In this document: one piece after another, positions 35,216 through 48,120 of the stretch
How the letters are laid out: each line of letters begins with the position of its first letter
How positions within the stretch are numbered: position 1 is the stretch's first letter
DNA from: Squalus acanthias
Lineage: Eukaryota
Reading direction: 5' to 3'
NCBI GenBank assembly: GCA_030390025.1
Contig: JASTWF010000034.1
Location: 6,076,001 to 6,124,128 of the forward strand
Length of the DNA stretch: 48,128 bases
Position numbers and translations under genes: made by a program
The notes under the pieces: model-generated
The model's input: the letters and a program-made list of their open reading frames with translations, nothing else
Databases searched by the model: none
Told to the model about the DNA's origin: nothing

Positions 35216-35965
35216 AGAGTAAAGCTCTCATCAAATACCTCCAGGGCAGGTACAGTGGGTTAGATAAAAAGTAAAGCTCCCTCTGCACTGTCCCATCAAA
35301 CACTCCCAGGGCAGGTACAGCACGGGTTAGATACAAAGTATAGCTCCCTCTATACTGCCCACCAAACAGGCCCAGCGCAGGTACAGCACGGGTTAGATAC
35401 AAAGTAAAGCTCCCTCTACACTGCCCCACCAAACAGTCCCAGGCCAGGTACACCACGGGTTAGATACAAAGTAAACCTACCTCTACACTGTCCCACCAAA
35501 TACTCCCAGGGCAGGTACACCATCGGTTAGATACAGAGTAAAGCTCCCTCTACACTGTCCCATCAAACACTCCCAGGGCAGGTACAGCACGGGTTAGATA
35601 CAGAGTAAAGCTCCCTCTACACTGTCCCATCAAACACTCCCAGGGCAGGTACAGCACGGGTTAGATACAGAGTAAAGCTCCCTCTACACTGTCCCATCAA
35701 ACACTCCCAGGGCAGGGACAGCACGGATTAGCTACAGAGTAAAGTTCCCTCCAATTTGGTTCATCAACACAACCAACTCTGATATATCATGTGTTCAATG
35801 CAGCGTACAGCTCCCTTGACACTACCCAATGAAGCACAACCAGCTCGGGTACAGCATGGGGTCAATACAGAATAAAGATCCCTCTACATGTAAGTGTCAA
35901 ACACTCCCGGGTGAGGTACGGGCAAGGTTTATCTCCGAGTTAAGCTCCGCTCAACTTGCCACATC
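35212..35965 (+). repeat. 67-bp satellite array, degenerate toward the right
   Basis: Same unit as 16530-23178. Confidence 0.9.
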
Positions 35966-35967
35966 AA

Positions 35968-36590
35968 AGGCCGAGCCTGATGGCAGATGTTGAACAGCTC
36001 CCAGTATCTGGTTAGACTCTCACCTCGGCAGAATCCTGGACTGGTGGAATTCTCAGTAAAGTTCCTCACCTTTCCAATCATTGTTGAAGCTTCCCGTTTT
36101 ATCCCGTCTCCGACACGGGGGTCTCGATCCCACCAGATCTGCTCTGTGAAACCAGAGACATTTCTCCAGTCCCAGTCAGTGAGGCGATGATTCGACTTCT
36201 CTCTCTCCACCTTCCTGAGATATTGCTCACTCCCAGAGACTGTCAATAGAAAAATGATTCATATTAATCCCAGATCCTGTACCTGGAATACAGTGGGGCT
36301 GTTTTTGTGACTGGGATTGTATCTAATTTCATTATATTTGCAATTAATGTGTATTTGAATTACTTACATTAATATTAAATTGTTCCTTTCAGCCCTTTGC
36401 CCTGTTTATTGGGACTAAACTCACTGCCAGTGTCAGCTGTCACTCCAGCTCCTCCCACACTGACATCCCACTGATGGGCCGTAACCAGGGGCGGGGCCCT
36501 GTTTCCAAGTGACATCACACAGGAGCAGGGAGCCAATCAATCAAAGAGCAGCCTGGAAAAATGTTAAAGCGGCCAAGCCCCTCCCAATCC
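35968..36590 (-). other. Copy 2 of the triplicated cassette (candidate exon 36239-36024; promoter motifs about 36485-36545)
   Basis: Acceptor tttttctattgacag, donor GAG|GTGAGA, GC box GGGGCGGGGC, TGACATCA, AGCCAATCA. Confidence 0.7.
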
Positions 36591-36604
36591 CCCCGGGGCA
36601 GGTA

Positions 36605-39600
36605 CATAACGAACATACGAATTAGGAGCAGGAGTCGGCCATTCGGCCCCTCAAGCCTGTTCCGCCATTCAATAAGATCATGGCTGATCTGATTACTCCA
36701 CATTCCCATCCAACCCCCGATAACCTTTCACCCCCTTGCTTATCAAGAATCTATCTACGTCCGCCTTAAAAATATTCAAAGACTCTGCTTCCACCGCCCT
36801 CTGAGGAAGAGAGTTCCAAAGACTCACGACCCTCTGAGAAAAAACATTCTCCTCATCTCTGTCTAAAATGGGCGCTCCATTATTTTTAAACAGTGACCCC
36901 TAGTTCTAGATTCTCCCACAAGAGGAAACATCCTCTCCACATCCACCCTGTCAAGACCCCTCAGGATCTTATAGGTTTCAATCAAGTCACCTCTTACTCT
37001 TCTAAACTCCAGTGGATACAAGCCTAGCCTGCCCAACCTTTCCTCATCAGACAACCCGCCCATTCCAGGTATTAGTCTAGTAAACCTTCTCTGAACTGCT
37101 TCCAACGCATTTACATCCTTCCTTAAATAAGGAGACTAATACTGTACTCAGTACTCCAGATGTGGTCTCACCAATGCCCTCTATAACTGAAGCATAAACT
37201 CCCTACTTTTGTATTCAATTCCCCTCGCAATAAACGTTAACATTCTATTAGCTGTCCTAATTACTTGCTGTACCTGCATACTAACCTTTTGCGATTCATG
37301 CACTAGGACACCCAGAACCCTCTGCATCTCAAAGCTCTGCAATCTCTCACCATTTAGATAATATGCTTATTTTTTATTTTTCCTGCCAAAATGCACAATT
37401 GCACATTTTCACACATTATACTCTATTTGCCAGATCTTTGCCCACTCACTTAACCTATTTATATACCTTTGTAGCCTCCATATGTCCTCTTCACAATTTA
37501 CTTTCCTACCTATCTTTTTGTCATCAGCAAATTTAGCAACCATACCTTCGGTCCCTTCATCCAAGTCATTTATATAAATTGTAAAAAGTTGAGGCCCCAG
37601 CATTATCCCTGTGGCACACTACACATTACATTTGCTAAGCAGAAAATGACCCATTTATGCCTACACTCTGTTTCCGGTTAGCTAGCCAATCTTCTATCCA
37701 TGCCAATATGTTACCCCCTACACCATGAGCTTTTATTTTCCGAAATAACCTTTGATGTGGCACCTTATCAAATGCCTTCTGGAAATCTAAGTACAGTACA
37801 TCCACCGGTTCCCCTTTATCCACAGCACATGTTACTTCCTCAAAGAACTCCAATAAATTGGTTAAACATGATTTCCCTTTCACAAAACCATGCTGACTCT
37901 GCCTGATTACCTTGAACTTTTACAAGTGCCCTGCTATAACGTCTTTAATAATAGTTTCTAGCATCTTCCCTAAGACAGGTGTTAAGCTAACTGGCCTGTA
38001 GTTTCCTGCTTTCTGTCTCCCTCCCTTTTTGAATAAAGGAGTTACAATCGCTATTTTCTAATCTAATGGAACCTTCCCCGAATCTAGGGAATTTTGGAAA
38101 ATTAAAACCAACGCATCAACTATCTCACTAGCTACTTCTTTTAAGACCCTAGGATGAAGTCCATCAGGACCCGGGGACTTGTCAGCCCGCATCTCCAACA
38201 ATTTCCTCAGTACTACTTCCCTGGTGATTGTAATTTTCTTGACTTCCTCCCTCCCTTCCATTTCCTGATTTACAGCTGTTTCTGGGATGTTACTTGTATC
38301 CTCTATAGTGAAGACCGATGCAAAATACCTGTTCAATTCAACTGCCATCTCCTTATTTTCCATTATTAATTCCCCAGACTCACTTTTTATAGGACCAACG
38401 CTCCCTTTGTTAACTCTTTTCTTTTTAGAATATCTATAGAAACTCTTACTATCTGTTTTTATATTTCTAGCTAGCTTTCTCTCGTACTCTAATTTTTCTC
38501 TCCTTATTAATCTTTTAGTAATTCTTTGCTGTTTGTTTATATTCTGTCCAATCTTCTGACCTGCCACCCATCTTTTCACAATTATATGCTTTTTCTTTAA
38601 GTTTGATACTATCTTTAACTTTTTTAGTTAACCACGGATGGTGGGTCCTCCCCTTGGAATTTTTCTTTCTCGTTGGAATGGATCTATTCTGTGTATTCTG
38701 AAATATCCCATTAAATGTCTGCCACTGCAGCTCTATTGACCTATCGCTTACTCTAGTTTGCCAGTTCACTTTAGCTAGCTCTGCTATCATGCCCTCATAA
38801 TTGCCCTTATTTAAGTTAAAAAAACTAGTCTTGGACCAAATCTTCTCTCCCTCAAACTGAATGTAAAATTCAATCATATTATGATCGCTGCGACCTAGGG
38901 GCACCTTCACTATGTGGTCATTAATTAATCTTATCTTGTTTCACAATACCAGGTCTACTATAGCCTGCTCTCTGGTTGGCTCCAGAACGTGCTGTTCTAA
39001 GAAACTGTCCCAAAAACATTCTATGAACTCCTCATCTAGGCTACCTTTGCCCATCTGATTTTTCCATCTATATGTAGATTAAAATCCCCCATGATTATTG
39101 CCGTACCTTTCTGACAAGCTCCCATTATTTCTTCCTTTATACTCCATCCTAACGTGTGGTTACTGTTAGGGGGCCTGTACACCACTTCCACAAGTGACTT
39201 CTTGCCTTCATCATTTCTCATCTCTACCCAAACCGCTTCTACATCCTGGTTTCCTGAACTTAAGTCATCCCTCTATTGCGCTAATACCATTATTAATTTA
39301 CAGAGCCACCCCTCCACTTTTTCCTAAATATCATGTACCCTTCAATATTCAGGTCCCAATGTTTGTCATCCTGCAGCCATGTCTCTGTAATGGCTATCAG
39401 ATTGTACTTATTTAATTCTATTTGTGCCATCAGTTCATCTGTTTTGTTTCGAATGCTTCGTGCATTCAGATACAGAGTCTTTAGTTTTGTCCTTTTATTA
39501 TTTTTGTAACCTTTAGCCTTATCTGTTGATTTACTCTTAGATTTGTACTCTCTATCCCTTCCCGTCACGGTCTGTTTATCATTTCCCATATTAATACCTT

Positions 39601-39858
39601 TCTCTCTTGTCTTGTTTCTACTCTTTGAATGACCACATCTTCCCAGATTTGATCCCTGGCCCCCAATATTTAGTTGAAAGCCCTCTCTACCGCCCTAGTT
39701 ATATGACTCGACAGAACACTGGTCCCAGCACGGTTCAGGTGAAGACCAACCCAACGGTACAGATCCCACTTTCCCCAGTACTGGTGCTAGTGCCCCAGGA
39801 AGCGAAACCAATTTCTCCCTTACCAGTCTTTGAGCTACGCATTCATCTCTCTAATTTG
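36605..39858 (-). mobile_element. CR1 LINE: ORF1 C-terminus, nearly complete ORF2 and 3' end, inactivated
   Basis: ORF1 end GLHLNRAGT; YLNARSIRNK, ITETWL, YRPP, GDFN, SDHN, KSPGPDG, DFQKAFDKVPH, FADD, 3' hairpin and tail at 36605-36650. Confidence 0.96.
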
Positions 39859-42428
39859 ATGGAACAGGGTAGAGGGAGCTTTACTCCGTATCTAACCCGT
39901 GCTGTATCTGCCCTGGGAGTGTTTGATGGGTCTTTGTAGAGGGAGCTTTACTCTGTATCTAAACCGTGCTGTATCTGCCCTGGGAGTGTTTGATGGGTAT
40001 TTGTTGAGGGAGCTTTACTCTGTACCTAACCCGTGCTGTACCTGCCTTGGAAAAATTTGAAGGGTCTTTGTACAGGGAGCTTTACTCTGTATCTAACCCG
40101 GGCTGTATCCTCCTGGGAATATTTGAAGGGACAGTGTAGATGAAGCTTTACTTTGCATCAATCCCTGTGCTGTACCTACCCTGGGAGTGATTGATGGGAC
40201 AGTGTAGAGGTTGCTTTACTCTTTATCTAACCCGTGCTGTACCTGCCATGGGGCTGTTTGATGGGACAGGGTAGAGGGAGCTTTAGTCTGTATCTAATCC
40301 GTGCTGTACCTGCCCTGGCAGTTTTTGATTGGACAGTGTAAAGGGAGCTTTACGCTGTACCTAACGCATGCACTACTGGCCCTGCGAGTGTTTGATGGGA
40401 CAGTGAAGAGGGAGCTTTGCTCTGTATCTAATCAGTGCTGTACTTGCCCTGAGAGTGTTTGATGGGACAGTGTAGAGGGAGCTTTATTCGTTATCTAACG
40501 CTGGCTGTACCTGCCTGAGAAAATTGATGGGTCAGTGTAGAGGAAGCTTTACTCTGTATCTTACCTGAGCTGTAGCTGACCTGGGAGTGTTTGATGGGAC
40601 AGTGCAGAGGGAGCTTTACTCTGTATCTAAACCGTGCTGCATCTGCCCTTGGAGTGTTTGATGGGACAGTGTAGAGGGAGCTTTAATCTGTATCTAACCC
40701 CGTGCACTACCTGCCCTGCGAGTGTTTGATGGGACAGTGTAGAGGGAGCTTTACTCTGTATCTAAACCGTGCTGTACCTGCGCTGCGAGTGTTTGATGGG
40801 GCAGTGTAGAGGGAGCTTTACTCTGTACGTAACCCGTGCACTACCTGCCCTGCGAGTGTTTGATGGGGCAGTGCAGAGGGAGCTTTCCTCTGCATCTAAC
40901 CTGTGCTGTACCTGCCCTGGGAGTGTTTGATGCGACAGTGCAGAGGGAACTTTACTCTGCATCTAACCTGTGCTGCACCTGCCCTGGGAGTATTTGATGC
41001 GACAGTGGAGATGGAACTTTACTCTGTAACTAACCCATGCACTAACTGCCCAGCGAGTGTTTGATGGGACAGTGCCGAGGGAGCTTTACTCTGCATCTAA
41101 CCCATGCTGTACCTGCCCTGGGAGTGTGTGACGGGACAGTGTAGAGGGAGCTTTACTCTGCATCATACCCCTGCTTTTCCTGCACTGGGAGTGTTTTGAT
41201 GGGACAGTGCAGAGGGAGCTTTGCTCTGTATCTAACCCGTGCAGTACCTGCCCTGGGAGTGTGTGACGGGACAGTGTAGAGGGAGCTTTACTCTGCATCT
41301 AACCTGTGCTGCACGTGCCCTGGGAGTATTTGATGCGACAGTGGAGATGGAACTTTACTCTGTAACTAACCCATGCACTAACTGCCCAGCGAGTGTTTGA
41401 TGGGACAGTGTAGAGGGAGCTTTATTCTATATCTAACCATTGCAGTACCTGCCCTGGGAGTGTTTGATGGGACAGTGTACAGGAAGCTTTACTCTGCATC
41501 TTACCTGTGCTGTACCGAAACTGGGAGTGTTTGATGGGACAGTGTAGAGGGAGCTCTACTCTGTATCTAACCCGTGCTGTACCTGCCCTGGGAATGTTTG
41601 ATGGGACAGTGTAGAGGGAGATTTACTCTGTATCTAACCCGTGCTGTACCTGCCCTGGGAGAGTTTGATGGGACAGTGCCGAGGGAGCTTTACTCTGCAT
41701 CTAACCCATGCTGTACCTGCCCTGGGAGTGTGTGACGGGACAGTGTAGAGGGAGCTTTACTCTGCATCATACCCCTGCTTTTCCTGCACTGGGAGTGTTT
41801 TGATGGGACAGTGCAGAGGGAGCTTTACTCTGTATCTAACCCGTGCAGTACCTGTCCTGGGAGTGTATGACGGGACAGTGTACAGGGAACTTTACTCTGT
41901 ATCCAACCCGTGCTGTTCCAGACCTGGGAGTGTTTGATGGGACAGTGTAGAGGGAGATTTACTCTGTATCTTACCCATGCTGTACCTACCCTGGGAGTGT
42001 TTGATGGTACAGTGTAGAGGGAGCTTTACTCAGTATCAAATCCGTGCTGTACCTGGCCTGGGAGTGTTTGATGTGATAGTATACAGGGAGCTATAGTCAG
42101 TATCTAACACAGGCTGTACATGCCTGGGAGTGTTTGATGGGACAGTGTAGCGGGAGCTTCACTCTGTACCTAACCCATGCACTAACTGCCCTGCCAGTGT
42201 TTGATGGGACAGTGTAGAGGGAGCTTTACTCTGTATCTAACCCGTGCTGCAACTGGCCTGAGAGTGTTTGATGCAACAGTGTATAGGCAACCTTACTCTG
42301 TATCTTACCTGTGCTGTACATGACCTGGGAGTGTTTGATGGGACAGTGTAGAGGGATCTTTACTAAGAATCTAACAAATGCTGTACCTGCACTGGGACTG
42401 TTTGATGGGACAGTGTAGTGGGAGCCTT
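39856..42428 (-). repeat. 67-bp satellite array in inverted orientation
   Basis: gggagctttactctgtatctaacccgtgctgtacctgccctgggagtgtttgatgggacagtgtaga is the reverse complement of the unit. Confidence 0.95.
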
Positions 42429-42474
42429 ATAACTCTTTATAACGTTAGAATCCTTAATAATCATTTACAAAATG

Positions 42475-42856
42475 TGTAGTGGTGATCTGAGCGAAGTTTT
42501 CAGGATATTAAGGGGAACAGTAGAGTAGATAGCGAGAAACTATTTCCATTGGTGGGGATTCTAGGTCTGGGGCACAGTCTAAGAATTAGAGGCAGTCCTT
42601 TCAGGAGTGAAATTAGGAAACACTTCGACACACAAAGTGGTAGAAATTTGGAACTCTCTTCCACAAACGGCAATTGATGCTAGATAAATTGTTAATTTTA
42701 AATCGGAGATTTATTGCTTTTTGTTAAACAAAGGTATGAAGGGATATGGGCCAAAGGTGGGTTTATGGAGTTAGATCGCAGATCAGTCAATGATCGCAAT
42801 GAATGGGGCAACAGGCTCGAGGGGCTGAATGGCCAACTCCTCTTCCTATGTTCCTC
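42475..42856 (+). mobile_element. CR1 3' end, degenerate
   Basis: VVEIWNSLP-like end, ggctgaatggcc hairpin, cctatgttcc tail. Confidence 0.8.
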
Positions 42857-42944
42857 AGTGTAGGAGCCGTTGACTTGTTAGCCCTCCCCAAATGCATTAC
42901 CTCACACTTCTCCGGATTGAATTCCATTTGCCACAATCTCCCTG

Positions 42945-43445
42945 CATGTAGCACAAGTTATACACAGAGTAAAGCTTCCTTTACACTGCCCAATCAAATA
43001 GTCCAAGGGCAGGTATAGCATCGGTTAGATCGAGAGATACAGAGTAAAGCTCCCTTTACACTGTGCAATCAAACAGTCCAAGGGCAGGTATAGCACAGGT
43101 TAGATCGAGAGATACAGAGTAAAGCTCTCTTTACACTGTCCAATCAAACAGTCCAAGGGCACGAACAGCACGGGTTGGATAGAGAGATACAGAATAAACC
43201 TTCCTCTGCACTGCCCAATCAAACACTCGCAGGGCAGGTACAGCGCGGGTGACATGCAAAGCTCCCTCTAATACAGCATGTGCAGCGTACAGCTCCCTTG
43301 ACACTAGCCAATGAAACACAACCAGCTCGGGTACAGCATGGGATGAATACAGAATAAAGATCTCACTACATGCAATTGTCAAACACTCCCGGGTGAGGTA
43401 CGGGCAAGGTTTATCTCCGAGTTAAGCTCCGCTCAACTTGTCACA
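42945..43445 (+). repeat. Degenerate 67-bp satellite units
   Basis: agagtaaagctccc..acactg..caatcaaaca..cagggcaggta motifs. Confidence 0.8.
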
Positions 43446-43449
43446 TCAA

Positions 43450-44060
43450 AGGCCGAGCCTGATGGCAGATGTTGAACAGCTCCCAGTATCTGGTTAGACT
43501 CTCACCTCAGCAAAATCCTGGACTGATGGGATTCTCAGTAAACTTCCTCACCTTTCCAATCATTGTTGAAGCTTCCCGTTTTATCCCGTCTCCGACACGG
43601 GGGTCTCGATCCCACCAGATCTGCTCTGTGAAACCAGAGACATTTCTCTAGTCCCAGTGAGTGTGGCGATGATTCAACTTCTCTCTCTCCACCTTCCTGA
43701 GATATTGCTCACTCCCAGAGACTGTCAATAGAAAAATGATTCATATTAATCCCAAAATACAGGGGGAGCATTTTTGTGATCATAAATATATTCAATTTGA
43801 TTATTTTTGCAATTAATCAGTGTGTTTGAATTACTTACTTTAATATTAAATTGTTATTTTCTGTCCATTGCCCTGTTTATTGGAACTAAACAGACTCCCA
43901 ATGTCAGCTGTCTCTCCAGCTCCTCCCACACTGACATCCCACTGATGGGCCATAACCAGGGGCGGGGCCCTGTCTCCAGGTGACATCATACAGGAGCCAG
44001 GAGCCAATCACACAGCAGCCAGGAGTGATGTCACAAAGCGGCCAGAGCCCCTCCCACTCG
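43450..44060 (-). other. Copy 3 of the triplicated cassette
   Basis: Near-identical to copy 2; carries TGACATCA, CCAAT, TGATGTCA and GC box; upstream GTGAGT donor lost. Confidence 0.7.
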
Positions 44061-44384
44061 AGGTGTCACAGGGTCACATTGACCAGGCTCTGCTCCTGGT
44101 GTGCAGTCTCACTGGGCATGAACACAGGGTGCACAATCAGCCCCGTCTCCGGGAATGAACCGGGATCCTGCCCTACATCTCTCCCGAGTTTTATTTCCAT
44201 CGGTGTAAAATGGATGCCTGATTCACAGTCACCCGGGTTGTGCTATAGCACCTACTATCAGTCGAACTCTACCCCAGTGTTTCTTTCCCTCTCTACGTAT
44301 CTGCTCCCTCACTGCCTCTCTCTCTCTGCAGTGAAGGATACGTCTGTGGCTGGGATCATACTGTGCAGAGAGGATCAGAATATC

Positions 44385-45015
44385 AGTCAGCCTCTCTTCC
44401 CGCTCCCACATCGTTACCTCTGGTGTCCCCCAAGGATCTCTCCTTGCCCCCCTCCTATTTCCCTTCTACATGTTGCCCCTTGGTGACATCATCCAGAAAC
44501 ACAGTCAGTTTCCACATGTACGCTGACGACACCCAGCTCTACCTCACTACCTCTTCTCTCGACCCCTCCACAGTGTCTAAATTGTCAGACTGCTTGACCG
44601 ACATGAGCAAAAGTTTCTCCAAGTAAATATTGGGAAGACCGAAGCCATTGTTTTCGGACCCTGCCACCAACACCATTCCCTAGCCACAGACTCAATCCCT
44701 CTCCCTAACATCTGTCTGAGGCTGAACCTCACTGTTCACAACATTGGTGTCATATTTGACCCTGAAATGAGCCTCCGACCACATATCCGCAGCATAACAA
44801 AGGCCGCCTACTTCCACCTCCGTAACATCGCCTGTCTCCGCCCTTGCCTCATCTCATCCGCTGCTGAAACCCTCATCCATGCCTTTGTTACTTCTAGACT
44901 TGACTATTCCAACGCACTCCTGGCCGGCCTTCCACATTCCACCCTATATAAACTTGAGGCCATCCAAAACTCGGCTGCCCGTGTCCTAACTCGTACCAAG
45001 TGCCGTTCGCCCATC
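44385..45015 (+). mobile_element. L2-clade LINE RT fragment
   Basis: SGVPQGS, FHMYADDTQLYL, AAETLIHAFVTSRLDYSNALLAGLP, IQNSAARVL. Confidence 0.92.
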
Positions 45016-47892
45016 CAGGAGCCAGTGGTGAGTGTAGGGAGGTACTGAGGAGGGTATCAAGGTCGCAGGAATGTACCGGCAGTCAGGAAGGTGGCTTGAA
45101 GTGTGTCTACTTCAATGCAAGGAGCATCCGGAATAAGGTAGGAGAACTTGGAGCGTGGATTGGTATTTGGGATTATGATGTGGTGGCCATTACGGAGACA
45201 TGGTTAGAACAGGGACAGGAATGGTTGTTGGAAGTTCCGGGGTATAGATGTTTCAGTAAGAGTAGGGAAGGTGGTAAGAAAGGTGGAGGAGTAGCATTGT
45301 TAATCAAGGATAGTTTAACTGCGGCAGAAAGGCAGTTCGAGGGGGATCTGCCGTCTGAGGTAATATGGGCTGAGGTTAGAAATAGGAAAGGAGCGGTCAC
45401 GTTGTTAGGAGTTTTCTACAGGCCCCCAAATAGTAATAGAGATGTGGAGGAAGAAATTGCAAAGTAGATTATGAATAGGTGTGGAGGTCACAGAGTAGTT
45501 GTCATGGGTGACTTCAACTTTCCAAATATTGATTGGTCAAACAGTTCGGATGGTATAGTGTTTGCACAGTGTGTGCAGGAGGGTTTCCTGACACAATATG
45601 TGGATAGGCCGACAAGAGGTGGGGCCACATTGGATTTGGTACTGGGTAATGATCCGGGCCAAGTGTTTGATTTGTATGTGGGAGAGCACTTTGGAGATAG
45701 CGACCACAATTCGGTGACTTTCACTATTGCAATGGAGTGGGATAGGGCCATACGGCAGGGCAGGGTTTATAATTGGGGGAGTGGTAATTATGATGCGATT
45801 AGACAAGAATTAGGGAGCATAAGATGGGAACAGAAACTATCCGTGAAAGGCACAAACGAAAAGTGGAGCTTTTTCATGGAGCAATTACTGCGTGTCCTTG
45901 ATAGGTATGTCCCTGTCAGACAGGGAGGAAATGACCGAGTGAGAGAACCATGGTTCACAAAAGAGGTTGAATGTCTAGTCAAGATGAAAAAGGAAGCGTA
46001 TGTAAGGATGAGAAAACAAGGTTCAGTTGGGTCGATTGAGGGGTACAAGGTAGCAAGGAATGAGCTAAAAAAAGAGCTTAGGAGAGCTAGGAGGGGGTAT
46101 GAGAAGTCCTTGGCGGGTCGGGTCAAGGAAAACCCCAAGGCTTTTTACTCTTATGTGAGAAATAAAAGAATGACCGGGGTGAGGGTAGGGCCGGTCAAGG
46201 ACAGTAGTGGGAAGTTGTGCATGGAGTCAGAAGAGATAGGATAGGTGATGAATGAATACTTTTCGTCAGTGTTCACCGAGGAGAGGGGCCATGTTTTTGA
46301 GGATGAGAGTGTGATAAAGGTGGATAGGCTGGAGGAGGTAGATGTTCTGAGGGAAGATGTTTTAGCAACTTTGAAGAACCTGAGGGTCGATAAGTCCCCT
46401 GGGCCAGATGGGATATATCCTAGGATTCTTTGGGAGGCAAGGGAGGAGATTGCAGAGCCTTTGGCTTTGATCTTTGGGTCCTCACTGTCCACGGGAATGG
46501 TGCCAGAGGACTGGAGAGTGGCGAATGTTGTTCCTCTCTTCAAGAAAGGAAATAGGAATGACCCTGGTAATTATAGGCCGGTTAGTCTTACTTCGGTGGT
46601 TGGTAAGATAATGGAAAAGGTCCTGAGGGATAGGATTTATGAGCATTTGGAAAGATGCAACTTAATCCGGGATAGTCAACACGGATTCGTGAAGGGTAAG
46701 TCTTGCCTAACAAATTTGATTGAATTCTTTGAGGAGGTAACTAAGTGTGTAGATGAAGGTAGAGCAGTTGATGTCGTATACATGGATTTTAGTAAGGCGA
46801 TTGATAAGGTTCCCCATGGTCGGCTCATGAAGAAAGTAAGGAGTTGTGGGATAGAGGGAAATTTGGCCGATTGGATAAGTAACTGGCTATCTCATAGAAG
46901 GCAGAGGGTGGTGGTGGATGGAACATTTTCGGACTGGAGACCAGTTACCAGCGGTGTGCCACAGGGGTCGGTGCTGGGTCCTCTGCTGTTTGTGATTTTT
47001 ATCAATGACTTGGAGGAGGGGACTGAAGCGTGGATCAGTAAATTTGCTGATGACACCAAGATTGGTGGAGCAGTGGATGAGGTGGAGGGCAGTTGTAGGC
47101 TGCAAAGAGACATTGATAGGATGCAGAGCTGGGCCGAAAAATGGCAGATGGAATTTAACCCTGATAAGTGCGAGGTGATTCATTTTGGTAGGGCAAATTT
47201 GAATAAGGATTACAGGGTCAACGGCAGGGTTCTGAGGAACGTGGAGGAACAGAGGGATCGGGGGTTTATATCCACAGATCTCTGAAGGTTGCCACTCAAG
47301 TGGATAGAGCAGTAAAGAAGGCCTATAGAGTGTTAGCGTTTATTAACAAGGGGTTTGAGTTTAAGAACCGTGAGGTTATGCTGCAACTGTACAGGACCTT
47401 GGTGAGACCACATTTGGAATATTGTGTGCAGTTCTGGTCACCTCACTATAGGAAGGACGTGGAAGCATTGGAAAGAGTGCAAAGGAGATTTACCAGGATG
47501 CTGCCTGGTTTGTGGGGGAGGTCTTATGAGGAAAGATTGAGGGAGCTAGGGCTTTTCTCTTTAGAGCGGAGGAGGATGTGAGGCGACTTAATAGAGGTTT
47601 ATAAGATGATGAGGGGGATAGATGGAGTGGATGTTCAGAGACTATTTCCTCAGGTGGACGTAGCTGTTACAAGGGGGCATAACTATAAGGTGCATGGGGG
47701 GAGATATAGAAGGGATGTCCGAGGTAGATTCTTTACTCAGAGAGTGGTTGGGGTGTGGAATGGACTGCCTGCTGTGATAGTGGAGTGGAACACTTTAGGA
47801 ACTTTCAAGCGGTTATTGGATAAGCACATGGAGCACACCAGAGTGATAGGGAGTGGGATAACTTGCTCTTCGTTTCGGACAATGCTCGGCAG
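45016..47892 (+). mobile_element. CR1 LINE, essentially complete ORF2, inactivated by a few stops and a frameshift
   Basis: [67 protein letters not shown]. Confidence 0.97.
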
Positions 47893-47894
47893 AA

Positions 47895-48058
47895 GTGTGT
47901 GAGTGTGAGTGTGAGAGTGAGAGTGAGAGTGAGAGTGTGAGTGTGAGTGTGTGTGAGAGAGAAAGTGTGTGTGTGAAAGTGTGTGAGAGAGAGAGATAAA
48001 AAGTGTGTGAGAGAGAGAGAGAGAAAAAGTGTGTGTGTCTGTGTGAGAGAGAGAGAGG

Positions 48059-48120
<62 letters not shown>

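Noticed and set aside
36150..36185. DWDWRNVSG resembling the cathepsin C mature N-terminus
   Set aside because: No following QxxCGSC motif, and copy 3 has a stop here; likely coincidence.
36024..36239. MHC class I alpha-1-like exon (phase 1-1, WDR motif)
   Set aside because: Too short, lacks the conserved beta-strand motifs, and no alpha-2 or Ig exon was found.
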